A stretch of 64,000 nt of DNA, from assembly GCF_009914755.1 (NCBI RefSeq), contig NC_060927.1; one strand, written 5' to 3'. Every line of letters begins with the position of its first letter. The first letter of the stretch is position 1. Below are positions 29,991-43,383 of this stretch, one piece after another. Both the position numbers and the translations under genes were made by a program. The notes beneath the pieces were generated by a model. The model saw nothing but the letters and a program-made list of their open reading frames with translations. It did no database searches and had not been told where the DNA came from. The stretch comes from the human T2T-CHM13v2.0 reference genome, Homo sapiens.

Positions 29991-32187
29991 TTCTATATGT
30001 TATTCCAATAGCTAGGAAATAGTCATTTGTGGGCTGAATAGGGAAGAAGCAGTAGACTGAAGAAAATTTGAATAGGTTAAAGAGATATAATTAGCATAAT
30101 TTAAAAATGACTTTTGGAAAAATGATGCACACATAATTAAAGAAAATTTCAATCAGGGTGAAAATGAGGAAGGAATATCCATTGACATAATTGGACATAC
30201 TGATGCTTTATTTATTTAGATTATTTATTTATTTAGATTATTTTTCAGCCTGAGAACTAACCAAAAACCAGGTCCTTGAGGAATGAGAGATAAGTAGATA
30301 AGTTTCAATAAGCATAACTCTCCATCTCTCCCCATACTAGTCATTGTTATGGGAAAACATATTCAATATGCCATGCGGGTGACGAGTTGCATACAAAGAG
30401 GAAACAAACATAAAGTATGCCAAGCTAGAGCATTAAATCAAAGTTATTCATATTTCCTAGTACTATCTGGCATTGCTGCTGTCAATGAGAATAATTCTAT
30501 TTCAAATCAGTCTCAATTAGTTTTATCTTTAATAACAGTGTAATAGCTTGATGGTCAATATGAAGTAAACCTCTAAGATTTCAGGTTTGGAAGAGGTTGG
30601 GAGAGTAAATGAGGAGAAAAGACAGAAAAGTAACTCAATTGACAGGTTGAGGGAAGGATTGGGGCTTCCATCTGAATACTCAACTAACTTTCACCTTTGA
30701 CTTTGTTCTAGTCTGTTACTCTCTACAGGTTAAATGATGATCTCATTTTACCTCTTTTCTTCCTGGTATGAATCATTATTTGAATATCTCCTTGAACTTA
30801 TGAGAACATTAAAAAATTTCAGAGCACATTTTTATTGTACCAAAAGGTAATTTTTTTCTATATTCCATATCCCATTAAGATGAACCTGGAAATTTTTATT
30901 GGATGTCTGGATCTCTGGAACCCACAAATCTACGTAGATAAGCCCCTGGAACATAGAAGTCCTGAATCTTCTTTTGGTTCATACTTCCTCACTGCAACAC
31001 AGATAGGATTTGTGTAAATTATGTTAAGCTATTTTTTTAGGTTAGAGAGATTCTGGGAAGTAGATAATTGTTACAGAACCTGGAGTTTAGACAAGTGAGT
31101 GGCAGATAATGCTAGGATTAATAAAAATGGCAAGTGGTATCTCCAAGGACTAATAAGTCAAGACAACTACCTTATATTTGTGTCCTCTTACCTCATATTA
31201 AAACTCTTTCTATTCCTTTGCCATTGTTTGCTTACATGGAGAAATATTGCCATTTCGAAAGTTGCTTTGGTTATCAGAAGTAGCAGAATGTACTATGAAG
31301 ACCTGGCCAAGCACCTTTGAAGTAAATGGTCTCTCTTGTTAAAATGTAGTAGCCCCTAAAAGAAAATCTTGGCTGAGAGAGAAAATTTCAACATGAATTG
31401 TAGCCATCAACATGATGAAAATCCTCAAACACTAATCAGAGATGTTTTTGACTCGCTCCTTGGGAGAAACTCAACTTTCCCAACAAACAGATGGCCCACT
31501 AAGTATTTTTCAGCAAATACTGAAGGCCCACAGGAGAATCAGACTTTATTATAACCATAGTTTTTTTTGTTGTTGTTGTATAAATTTACAGTGTAAAACG
31601 TGATGTTTTGATAGCTGTAGTTTTTGTGTGATAATAATTTGTATCACTTTACCCTACTGAAAAAGTATGAATGGTTCCGTTTGCTGAAGGTGAGAGAAGT
31701 AAGCTAACTTGTGCTGCATAGCTATTCTGGACCAAGGACATTATATTTTTATTTAATTCAATTCTCTCAATCATTCTGTGAGGAAGACACAATTATCTAC
31801 ATTCTATGGCTAAGGTAACCAAGGCTCACAAGATTTTAGTGGCTTTCTCAGTATCATACAATAGGCCCACAACAGATTAAGGAGTGGGATACATGGGTAT
31901 TTTCTATGTTTCTGTAACCGACATTAAAACATTTGGAAAATTTCGTGACAGTTAATCTAGGAATTCACATTAGATTCCTAGCCATCATTTGAAATATGTA
32001 ATTAGTCCTCTAGGGCCGAAGGAGAGAAAAACAAAAGCAAGAATATAACATTCCTCATTGGTGTTGATCCTATCCCCAAGGGGTAAATGCTGATCAAACA
32101 TTAAAAGAACGTTTTTGTTTTTAAATTAGGACTGCATTTTTAGTTTTACAAAAAACTCCCCTGTGTCAATCAGGCATAGTTATATAG

Positions 32188-32631
32188 TGTCGTTTGTTGT
32201 TTCCCAGGAGAAGGACAGTGCAATGGAGTTAAAGGGCAGATAATTTATTAGCGCATATTCTCAGGATCAACACCTGTAGACAAAAAGGAAGAAAGCAGAA
32301 TTGTGCCAAGGGAGAGAGTAGGCTGTGGTGAAGATTCAGCAAGGGCTTTAACCAACTCCAAGTGAAGCCTTGGAGCTGGGCCGTTCAGAGTTGTTTTGAC
32401 TTGGGCTGGGATGGCCAGGTCTTTATTCAACCAAGTAAACCAGCCATTGAATCATGTGGGTCAGCTGCCTTAGGATGGCGTGTGACTGTGGGCAAAGGAG
32501 TACTGAGGGATCATGGAGAATAATTTCTGGAGATAGCTGACAGCTTAAGACCACTAGCTGACAGACTCCCAACCACTGGGAGAAAACGTCCCTCATCTCT
32601 AAATGAAGTTCTGAGTGGATCATCAAATACA
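32188..32631 (-). mobile_element. LTR16A-like ERVL LTR
   Basis: tctcaggatcaacacctgt...gaaagcagaattg...gctgacagactccc. Confidence 0.65.
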
Positions 32632-33164
32632 CGTAACTCTTTAATGATTAAGCATGTTTATGAGTACTACCAAAGTTTTAACCTCTCTAATCGGACTTCA
32701 GAGTATCTTAAAGAACAAAAGATATGGGCCTGGTTGGTCTAGTGTATGTTTGGTTTGGCTGCAGCAATTGTGAACTAGACATGTGAAGGGGCAGGCTATA
32801 GCATAATATTTCCCCCCTACTCTCCAGTCTGAGAAACCACTCTGAGGAGAGTCACATGGAGATGTACACCAAGGCTGTGTCGCAGGCCCTGGAACCTGTC
32901 CTAATCCCTGGGAAGTACTATACAGGAAAAGAGCTTGGTTCATAGTAAACTCCCTCTAGCCTTTGTTTCCCATCTTGAAAGAGATACTTGCAGCTTTGCA
33001 ATAAAATATAGTAAATGCTGATGGACGTTTGCATTTATTTCCCTCCAAGAGATGTCAGACAGCCAAAGATTCATTATAGGTAAGCCAGGTAAGTTAATAG
33101 TGATCCTTGAATGTTTCATCTGACCAATGAAGAATAACTCAAAGCAGGGAGCCAAAAATTATCC

Positions 33165-33637
33165 AGACTATAATATTGGAGTCTTTACAAGCACAGCTTG
33201 AAACAAGCACTCAGAGGCAGGTAGATTTTTTTGGAGAGGTAATTCCAGAAAGCAGGAAGGAAAGAGAAAGGGAAGCTTTTAAAAGTGTCTGTTATTTGAA
33301 CTGGTTATTGCAGTAGCCAACTGGGGTGCAATCCCACTAAGGACTTTTGAGAAACCTTGCAGAATGCACTTCAAAATTACCTGATGAAAAGGTGGGTGGT
33401 TGAGACATTTTTCTAGTGACTCCAATCTCCCATTGTATAATGATCTCCCCTGGGAAGATTAATTCTCCCACATGTTATGAGTAAGCTCCCTTGGTTTTTG
33501 AGAAACTGTTGAGTAATAACATTGGAGAATCCAGGTGGGAAACTGTCAGCCTGAATAAGTGTTGTCCACCACACCTGCTGCTGAAATACTCTTGCGCTGT
33601 GGGATTGTGGCATAAGACACCAAAGGTGTCTGCTATA
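33165..33637 (-). mobile_element. LTR33-like ERVL LTR
   Basis: ggtagatttttt...aactggggtgcaatcccact...caccaaaggtgtctgctata. Confidence 0.55.
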
Positions 33638-34694
33638 ACTAATGGTTGCCCAGGTAGTTATCTAGATGGCTTTTGAGGAATTAGCTCCCACAAGAGCAAG
33701 AGTGGAGAAGTGATCACCTTGATTGTCAAGCTCTTCAACATTTCTGCTCTCTGGTGTTCATAGGAGCTTTTTTCTGCTGATATTAAAAAATATTTGCGCC
33801 CTTAGGAATTGTTTTTCTAGGACATTTCTGGGTTTCTTACATTTAGTCCTGGCTCAATTCTCCAAGATACAAGAGCAATTTACCCTTACTGGGCCTCCCT
33901 TCTTGCCCCAAGTAAATATCTGTGCCTATGCATGCTGAGAAGAACATAGGTAAGGAGATGTGTGAGTAAATGGTATTTGCAAAGCTGGAGTAATTTCTCC
34001 CAATTATATATGTTGCAATTAATTGGCCTGATCAATGCTTACTAAAAGAGCTAGTTATCAATAAAAATGTCATTTTAGTGACCTTTATTTTGTCTGCTGA
34101 AGTCTGTTTTGAGTACTGAGAAGCGCCTCTGGAGTTAGCCTTCAGCACTAACTAACTTTGTTACTTTTTTGTGTTTCTGCATGTCTTTTCTGTAAATTCT
34201 ATGATTTCATTATACGACAAAATGGGCTTCTGTTTCATATTTTTTTTCAATTACTCAGGCAGTTGAGATATGACATTTCACTTCATTTTGATTCATTGAA
34301 TGTAATTCAATAAAGGGTGGAGAGCGAGTGAGCTAAACTCTATGAGCAGACGCTTTTCATTGCAAACCAGTTGGCTTTTCTCCTACTTTTTGAAAAATTC
34401 TGATAACATTCATGCTTCCAGATTCCTCTCCCTCCCCTCTTTTTTTGGCTATTTCCTCGCATTGATCCTTGAAATGCAATTTTTCAGCGCAGAAAACAAG
34501 GCCGCTTCTTTGGCTGATGTCTAAGGAGAAAAATAAACATAAAAGTAGATTTTAGGCTTCCTTCTTTATTAACTACCAACTGTATGACTTTAAATAAAGT
34601 GATGCAGTCTCTAAAACCCAAATTCGGGCTATCCTTGGTTATTCAATAAAGGGAACAATATTTATTTTTTTAAAAGAAGCAAAGTAGATTTCTT

Positions 34695-34901
34695 TGTATA
34701 TCATAACTCTCTTAATTTTCACAGCATCCCTGTGACTAACTGCTATACTAGTCCCATCTACACATGGTGAAACTGAAGCATGCAGGCATTAGGTAACACT
34801 CTCACAGTCTACGCAGCTATTAAGTAGGGAAGCCAGCATTTAAACCCAGACAGTCTGGCTTTAAATACCCATGCTCTTTGCCGCCATTTTATACTGCCTC
34901 T
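34695..34901 (-). mobile_element. MIR
   Basis: cccatctacacatggtgaaactgaagc...atttaaacccagacagtctggct. Confidence 0.75.
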
Positions 34902-37890
34902 TTGCTAAACCTCTTTTTATAAAAGTCTTTGGTGTGAGTTCACCAATACCTTGTCAAGTCATAACGGAGTTCAGGACACCAACGTTATTTATATAGACTG
35001 TTTAAATTTGTTTGAAAATTGTCAGTGAAGCAAGAAAATTTTTGCTGATTCTAATCTTTGTACATACAATCTAATTTCAGCAGTCCTGATTTCTTTCACA
35101 AATCAGACTCTAACGATGTGCATACATATTTTTCTCTGATTCTGCAAAGTACTCCAAATGTGAGGGCTACAGTTTGAGATATTTTTTAATTATAGTATGT
35201 AAAATGTGATGGAAAATAGTAATTCTGTTAGTGAGTTTTGACTGGCCTGCATCTTAAAATCACCAGAAAAACCTCACTAGCTAATCGTAGTGGTGCAATT
35301 CTGTTATAATTTTTTTTTCTAGTTTCAAGATGTAATGAAGTCTATAACACACTAGATGGTAGCCTTGTCACATGAGCCCCCAACCACAGAACACAGGCTG
35401 AAAACTAAAGTGAGAACAATTCTTTTTTCAAATTAGAACATTTAAAAAGATAGATGTGAATGCAGGGCCAATAATGGGTCTACATTTTGATTTCAGGGTT
35501 GGAGTCCAAGACTTGTGGAGGTGAGAGAATTGTTTTCTGCTCAATAGCTCAGTAGTGTCAACAGGAGTTGACTCAGAGAGTTTTTCCCTGCATGGTTAGG
35601 AAAGGTCACTCTCTGCTTCTTGTAGAGTTGGAATTATTGTAAAAAGCTTTTTAGGGAGCTCATCAGAAAAACACCAATAAATAGTTCATTTGCAATTATA
35701 CACTAAAGTAACAGATTCCTTATAGCTGTTAAGTTTTATGCTTAATTTATGACTATATGTATAACTATATGACTATAGACAAAATATATGCTAGACATCG
35801 TGTGTGTATTTTTTCCCTCCAATACATAAGAAAGTTGAGGAATGAATAAAAGGCTAATAGTCTCAATATTATTATATACAGTCCATTAGGATCACTGAAC
35901 ATCTCTTGTCTTTTTCCTCATCCCAGAAATGATTCCTCTAATCTTTACCCCTGTTAAATTCAGTTCAAGAGCAAATGTTGCATACCCGAATCTTCCAGTT
36001 AGCATGTCCTCCTGTCTGCTGAATGGGAATTGAAGTGGTTAGAAGCAAGAAAGGAATTTCCTATCTCACAGACTCTAGAAAGATAGACACAGTTCTAGCA
36101 TCCCATGAGGAAAACCTGATCACACTGCCCTGTAAGCACAAAGACTTCTTCAGGTGTACTAGCCATTAAACAGGCTTTGGTGGGTTGGCTTTTGAACCAA
36201 CTACCACATATATACAATAATGTGCTTGTGAGAGATAGATTTGTTGAATAGTAAAAATTATTCAAATGATTGGGCTGCAACCAACTTCTCTATTAGAGAC
36301 TAAAATTAATGTTTATGTTTCATTTTCCATTGGGCTCCTATAGTTTTAATGAGATATCCCAGGTCAGATGGCTGCTGCTGTTCTCAGTTATCTTGCTGCA
36401 ACTATTTATTAACAAAACAATAATTATGACATGACTTAGGCTCAGTAGGATAATCCTGCATTATGATTATTTTCTTGGTGATAATGACATAAAGCTTTCT
36501 GTACAACTGCATTTTTCTGGGCAAAATTTAGATGAGTGTTTTGTATAATGTTGAATAAAGACAACTGATTCTGAAATACCATCATCAAACTCTACTTTAA
36601 AGAGACATAACAAATCTTTAATCCACGTAACAACAGAGTTTCAACTTGTTCTGCTGGCCTTTAAACCAGTTTCTGATTGTATAATTGTTGGTCATTTCAT
36701 GGTTACTTCTGCTTTCTTCTTTCCTTCTCTTCTTTCAGCAAAAATATAATGAGTACTTGTGTGTCAGTTACTGTGTAAGAGCCAAAATAAAGATACACGT
36801 CATAAAGGCAAGGAACTCTTTGCCTATTACCTAGTAGATAAATTGAAACTACAGAAAAGCATTAAAGATAGATTGAAGTAACATTTGAAGATTCACAACA
36901 TTTCCAGCTCCTTGCTGTATGCTATCATGTATGATATAACATTCAACACTCAGAACAATCTTTCAGTGGGAAACTGAAATACAAAGATGTTGAGAGTCTT
37001 GATTCAAGGACATGGTGAATTCTAGAGCGTTCACCACATGTGGAACTGTGAATCAATTAAATTCTAGAGAATTCACCACCTGTGGAACTGTGAGTCAAAT
37101 AAACCTCTTTTCTTTATAAATTACTCAATCTCAGGTAGTTCTTTATAATTGTTTTGCATTTATGTCCAGTGTACTCTTATTGATTGCAATCACAAACGAA
37201 TGCCTAGACATGTTCTCAGTTGTAAAACTAAGCCTCACCTAACCTCTCTCTAAGTGCCTAAACCAGAAGACTTGGCGAATTATAATAAAACCTGCTGTGT
37301 TCAGGAGAATCAGCTTCCTATAACTGTGGCTCTATCACCTATGTGTTTAGCTTATGCAAAGTTTCCCTAATGGTCTAAAGGGAAAATTCAAAATCAAAAG
37401 ATTAAAGGTATTGCCTACATCATTACAAATAAAGGAATAAGGTATTCTATAGAATTGTTTATATTTATCCCTCATTGTAGAAAAAATTCATCAGAACAAA
37501 AATGTTAACCAGAGGTGGCCCAAATATGTTCTACTTACTTTTATTTTTCTGTGAATTCCTTGACCCTCAAAGCTGGATATACAAATCAACTAAGCTATGG
37601 CCAAGGCCAGCTATAGTTCCCAAGCCAAGGGCAAGACAGTGTTAGCTGCCTCTGTCCTGTTATGTACAGGGATTTGGAAGAAAATCCTACTCCCCAGGAC
37701 CTAAATCAAAATGTTATCATAATCTAAGAAGAATCGAGTCCAGTTCTATGAAAATTTTAACATGAATCTGTTTGAAAGTCAAGTTTTGTCTATAATTTTG
37801 AAAGATGAAAGATGTAACAAAGTAAGGATTTCTCTTCTGGAGATGAGGATGAGATAGGGGTCTCCAGGTACCATAATCAAGAGCAGAGGT

Positions 37891-38094
37891 GGTCCGGGTG
37901 TGGTGACTTACACCTCTAATCTCACAACTTTGGAAAGCTAAGGTGGGAGGACATGTGGTGAATTCTAGAGAAAGTGTTTGAATTCAGTTGTCTTTCATTG
38001 ATGTCCAGTATACTCTTATTGACTGCAATTACAAAAGAATGCCTGTACATTTTCTCAGTTTTAAAACTAAGCCACCTTTAGTCCAGGAGTTTGA
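37891..38094 (+). mobile_element. Alu left-monomer fragment interrupted by about 120 bp of copied DNA
   Basis: ggtccgggtgtggtgacttacacctctaatc...ggtgggagga [insert] cacctttagtccaggagtttga. Confidence 0.7.
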
Positions 38095-39545
38095 ATCTCC
38101 ATATCTGGGGAGGGACCTGCTGGGAGGTGATTGGATCATGGAGGCAACTTCCACCATGCCGTTCTCATGATAGTGAGTGAGTTCTCATGAGATCTGATGG
38201 CTTAAAAGTGTGTGGCAGTCCCCACCTCACTCTCTGTCCTGCTGCCATGTAAGACATGCCTTGCTTCCCCATTACCTTCTTCCATGATTGTAAGTTTCCT
38301 GAGTCCTCCATAGCCATGAAGAACTGTGCAGAAACCTCTAACCAATCTCAGGTAGTTCTTTATTGCAGTGTGAAAATGGACTAACACAGAAAATTGGTAC
38401 CAGGAGAGTGGGACACTCTTATAAAGTCACCTGAAAATGTGGACACAAATTTGGAACTGGGTAACAGGCAGAGGTTGGAAAATTTTGGAGGGCTCAGAGG
38501 AAGACAGGGAGACGTGGGAAAGCTCGAAACTTCCTAGAAACTTGTTGAATGGTTTTGATCAAAATGCTGAGAGTAATGTGAACAATGAAGTCCAGGCTGA
38601 GGTGGCCACAGATGGAGATGAGGAACTTATTGGGAACTGGAGTAAAGGTCACTGTTGCTATGCTTTAGCAAAGAGACTGGCAGCATTTTGCCCCTGCCCT
38701 ACAGATCTATGGAACTTTGAACTTGAGAGAAATGATTTAGGGTATCTGGCAGAAGAAATTTCTAAGATGCAAAGTATTCAAAATTAACCTGGCTGTTCCT
38801 AACTTCACACAGTTATATGCATTCACAAATAGATGGTGTGAAATTGGAACTTGTGTTTTCAAGGGAAGCAAAGTGTAAAAGTTTGGAATATTTGTATCCT
38901 GACCATGTGGTAGAAAAGAAAAACCCATTTTCTGGGGAGAAATTCAAGCTGATGGCTGCAGAAATTTTGCATAAGTAAAGAGAAGACAAATGTTAATTGC
39001 CAAGACAATGGGGAAAATATCTCCAGAGCATGTTGAAGACCTTTGCAGCAGACCTTCCCATCATAGGCCCTGAGGCCTAGGAGGGAAATGTAATTTAATG
39101 GGTTGGGCCCAAGGCACCCCTGTTTTGTGCAGCCTTGACACAGGGAACCTTGTGTCCCAGCCACTCCAGCTCCAGCCATGGCTAAAAAGGGGCCACGGTG
39201 CAGCCCAGGCCATGGCTTCCGAGGGTGCAAGCCCCAAGCCTTGGCAGCTTCCACACAGTGTTTGACCTGCCACTGCACAGAAGGCAAGAATTTGGGAGCC
39301 TCCACCTAGATTTCAGAGGATGTATGAAAACACCTGGATGTCCAGGAAGATGTCTGCAGCAGGGGCGGAGACCTCATGGAGGACCTCTACTAGGTCAGTG
39401 CAGATAGGAAATGTGGAGTTGGAGCCACACACAAAGTCCCTGCTGGGGCGCTGCCTAGTGTAGCTGTGAGAAGAGGGCCACCATCCTACAGACCCCAGCA
39501 GCCAGTGACAGCTTGCACCATGTGCCTGGAAAAGCAACAGATACT
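38095..39545 (+). mobile_element. MSTA/THE1-type MaLR: LTR (to 38388) plus truncated internal region
   Basis: tctcatgatagtgagtgagttctcatgagatctgatgg; internal ORF WNWVTGRGWKILEGSEEDR. Confidence 0.9.
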
Positions 39546-39594
39546 CATTGCCAGACTTTCTTGAGTAATACAACATCTAACAGAGTCCAGAAAG

Positions 39595-40099
39595 ACAGAT
39601 ATATTCCTGGCATCCCATGGGCAATGGGGTTGGAAATTCAGAAAAAAACATGAGGCACAATTTGTCCCTGCTCCATCATGTCTGGAGCATACTCTAGGAA
39701 GGCTTTGAGGGGCATCTCAATGTTTGAGGCTAAAATCGTCTTCTCATCCAAATGCCAGGCAGTGATTTTGGCTGTTGGCTGAGACCTAAGCTGGGGCTGT
39801 CAAATAAAACACCTGCATATGCATTGTCTCCATGTGATCTCTGCTTCTGTGTAGCATGGTGGCTGGATGCCAAGAGAAAATGCCCTGAAAGATAGCCAGT
39901 TGGAAGCTGTCAACTTTCATAAATTTGTCTCAGATTTCACATTGTATCACATCTACTGTAGTCACAAATTTGCCCAGATTCAAGGGGAGAGAATATAAAT
40001 CTCCCTTCTAATATTGGAGGAATATTAGAGTCACATTGTATGAAGCCCATGTGCTTTGGGAGAGAATGTGGTGATCATTGGAAAATGTAATCTGCCACA
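39595..40099 (-). mobile_element. MLT1H-like LTR
   Basis: ggctgttggctgagacct...cccagattcaagggg...aatctgccaca. Confidence 0.7.
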
Positions 40100-41234
40100 T
40101 CCAGTCAACAGAATTCCCTTTCTCACACTTAGTATTATTTATATGCTTTGTAAAGTAAACTCAGAATTAATATAATACAAATATAATTTGATTGATCATA
40201 TTTTGGGTACATTATTTATTTGGTTGTGTTCTATGCAAACAAGCCATATACTGGGATAAGAAGCAAAGTCCTTTTTTGAAAGTGGATATGGTACTTATGA
40301 ACTGAACCATATAATGTGATTACAAATCCTGACCTGCTTTCAATAATTTTGATGTATTGAATATGTCTAGAATAACCTTATATGTCTATTCAGATATTTA
40401 AAATATTGTATTATACTCTATAATTAATTTTATAATGTAAGGATACATATTTGAAAAATTCTGTTAAATTGTTTTTTTTTTTTCCTAAATGGTTGTGGTA
40501 GGGGAATAACATTCTGTTTTTTCCCTAAAGACCAGTATGGAATACATAATTATGTAGTGGTAAAATATAATTCAATTACAGAGAATTTGAGTCATAAACT
40601 GGATGTACTCCATATCTCTGAGTGATTCATTATTTGCTCCATGCACAGTTCCCTAATTAAGGAAAAGAATTTCCTCTTGGGATTGGATTAAGTCCTGTTA
40701 AAGGTATGACTCAAAAATCAAAATATGGGTAGACTTAACACTCTGTATTGCCTTATTTGACATCAGTAAATGACAATTCTCCTCTTTGAGGAAATAAACC
40801 AATGATCACGGTTAAAAGACAAGACAAGTCTGAAGAAAACTTTTAAACAAATAAATTTAGGTCAGTTGTGTAGAATGATAGTAAGCTAGTAAAGCAAGGG
40901 ACATAAAAAGGCCAGCATTACCATTTTACCAAAACCAGACAAAGATACTACAAGTAAAGAAAATTGCAGATCAATATATCTCATGAACATACATGAAAAA
41001 TCCTTGACAAAAAATTTAAAAATTGAATCCAACAATGTATAAAAATAATTATACCTCATTACCAAATGGCATTTATTCCAGGTATGCAAGGCTGGTTCTA
41101 CATTTTAAAATCAATTAATATAATTAATCACATCAACAGCCTATAAAAGAAAAATCACATAACTATCAAAAGATGCAGAAAAGATATTTGGCAAAATTCA
41201 ACACCTATTCATAATTTAAAAAAAAAACTCAGCA

Positions 41235-41557
41235 TGCTTACCTAATTTGATTACTATACATCGTGTCAAAACATCACTATGTATACAATAAATGTGTACA
41301 ATTACAACATGTCAATTAAAAATATGTCACTGTGTTTAGGGGAGGAAAAGGCCAGTTTGGGCTAAGGTGATCAAGAAAAGCTTTAGGGAAAGACAATACC
41401 TGAACTGGATCCTATAAAATTTTAAGACGAAAGCAGACCAATCAGAGAGCTAGTACATTCCAAGCAAGTTTAGAAACATAGATTTGAGCTCAAACTGTGA
41501 GAAGATTTATTTTCTTCAATTTAGAACACTTTATTAATTAAAATATTTTATTACATT
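41235..41557 (+). mobile_element. Tiny L1MA 3' tip plus putative 3'-transduced DNA
   Basis: L1MA4-like end at 41235-41324, about 230 bp non-L1, ATTAAA, A run; TSD aaaaaaactcagca / aaaaaaactatcagca. Confidence 0.65.
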
Positions 41558-43383
41558 AAAAAAACTATCAGCAAACGGTAAATAGAGCAGAACTCCCTAA
41601 CCTTGAAAAATAACATCTACCCTAAACCTACTGGTTACATTATACCTACTAATAAGAAATTAGAAAATGCCTTCTCTTGCTACTTATTTTACCATTGTAC
41701 TAGAAGTCCTAGTTGATGCAATCAGACAAGCAATAAAGTAAAAAGTATACGGATTGGGAAGAAAAAGATATAACTGTGTTCAATGACATGATTGTGTATG
41801 TATAAAATTTGAAAGAATGGACAAAATTCCTGGAGGTGATAAGAAATTATAGCACAGTTGCAGGATGCAAGGTTAATGTACAAAAGTCAATGACTTTCCT
41901 ATATGCTAGCAATGAACAAGTGGAATTTTAAATAAAAAACACAATATCATTTACATTAACACTAAAGAAATTAAATTATTAGGCATAAGCTTAACAAAAT
42001 ATGTACAAGACCTATATGAGGAAAACTACTGATTAAAAAAAAACAGAAAATAAAAACTAAATAAATGGAGAGAGATTCCATGGTCATGGACAGAAAGATT
42101 CAATATTGTGAAGATGTCATCAGCTCTTCCCAACCTGATCTATACATTCACTACAATCTGAATTGAAATCCCAGAAAAAGTTATTTTGTGGATATTGACA
42201 AACATTCTAAAGTTTATATGGAGAGGCAAAAGATGCAGAGGAGCCAGCATAAAGAACAAAGTCAGAGGACTAATACAACCTGACCTCAACTAATACTGTA
42301 AAGCTACAGTATCCAGGACACTGTAGTACTGGCAAGGGTATACATAGATCAACCAATAGAACAGAATAATTCATCAATAGACAAATATAGTTAAGTGATG
42401 TTTGACAAAGTAGCAAAGGCAGTACAATGGAAAAAAATTGTCTTTCAACAAATGGTCTTGCAACAACTAGATATCTATATGCAAAATAATGAATGTAGAT
42501 CCAGACCTTACACTTTTCACAAAAATTAACAAAGTAAATAATTATCCTAAATGTAGAACACAAAATTATACAACTCTTAGAAGATAACATCTGAGAAAAT
42601 ATACGTGTCCTTGGGTATAAAGCTAATATGTTAGATCCAATGCCAAAAGTATGACCTGTGAAAGAAAGAATTGGTAAGTGAAACTCCATTAAAATTAAAA
42701 ACTTATATTGTGTAAAAAACACTATCAAAACAATGAGAAGACAAGCAACAGACTGGGAGAAAGTATTTGCAAAAGATGTATCTGATAAATGACTGTTATT
42801 GAAAATATATGAAGTACAATTAAAACTCAATAAGAAAATGAACAACACAATTAAAAATGGACAAAAGATATGAAACAGACTTCTTACCAATGAAGATAAA
42901 CTGATGACAAATAAGCACAAAAAAATGCTTGACATCATATGTCATTAGGAAATTGCAAATTAAAACAATGAGATACCACTACACACCTGTTAGAATGACC
43001 AAAATCACAACATAGATAACACAAAATGCTGGTGAGGATTTGCAGTAACAAAAGCTCTCATTCATTGCTGGTGAAAATGAAAAATGGCACAACCATTTTG
43101 AAAATGAAAAATGGTACAACCACTTTGAAAGACAGTTTGGCAGTTTTTACAAAACTAAACATATTCTTAACATATAGTTCAACAATTGTGTTCCTTGGTA
43201 TTTACTCAATGATTTGAATATTTATATTCATATGAAAACCTGTGCATAAGTGTTTATAGCAGCTTTATTCATAATAGCTACAACACAAAAGCAACCAAAA
43301 TGTCCTTCAGTAGGCAAATGGATTAATAAACTGTGGTATATGCAACAATGGAATTATTCAGTGTTAAAAAAGAAAGGAGTTAT

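Noticed and set aside
37018-37101. Palindromic direct repeats resembling a CRISPR-like array
   Set aside because: Only two units, no unique spacers, eukaryotic DNA; explained by local duplication.
38437-39576. Cluster of ORFs up to 148 aa
   Set aside because: MaLR internal sequence, common genome-wide; similarity to 44298-44558 reflects family membership.
42270-42938. 222-aa hydrophobic ORF on the minus strand
   Set aside because: Antisense of A-rich L1 ORF2; T-rich codons give spurious F/L/I-rich ORFs.
43072-43130. 27-bp tandem duplication (KMKNGTT twice)
   Set aside because: Ordinary slippage duplication in a dead L1.
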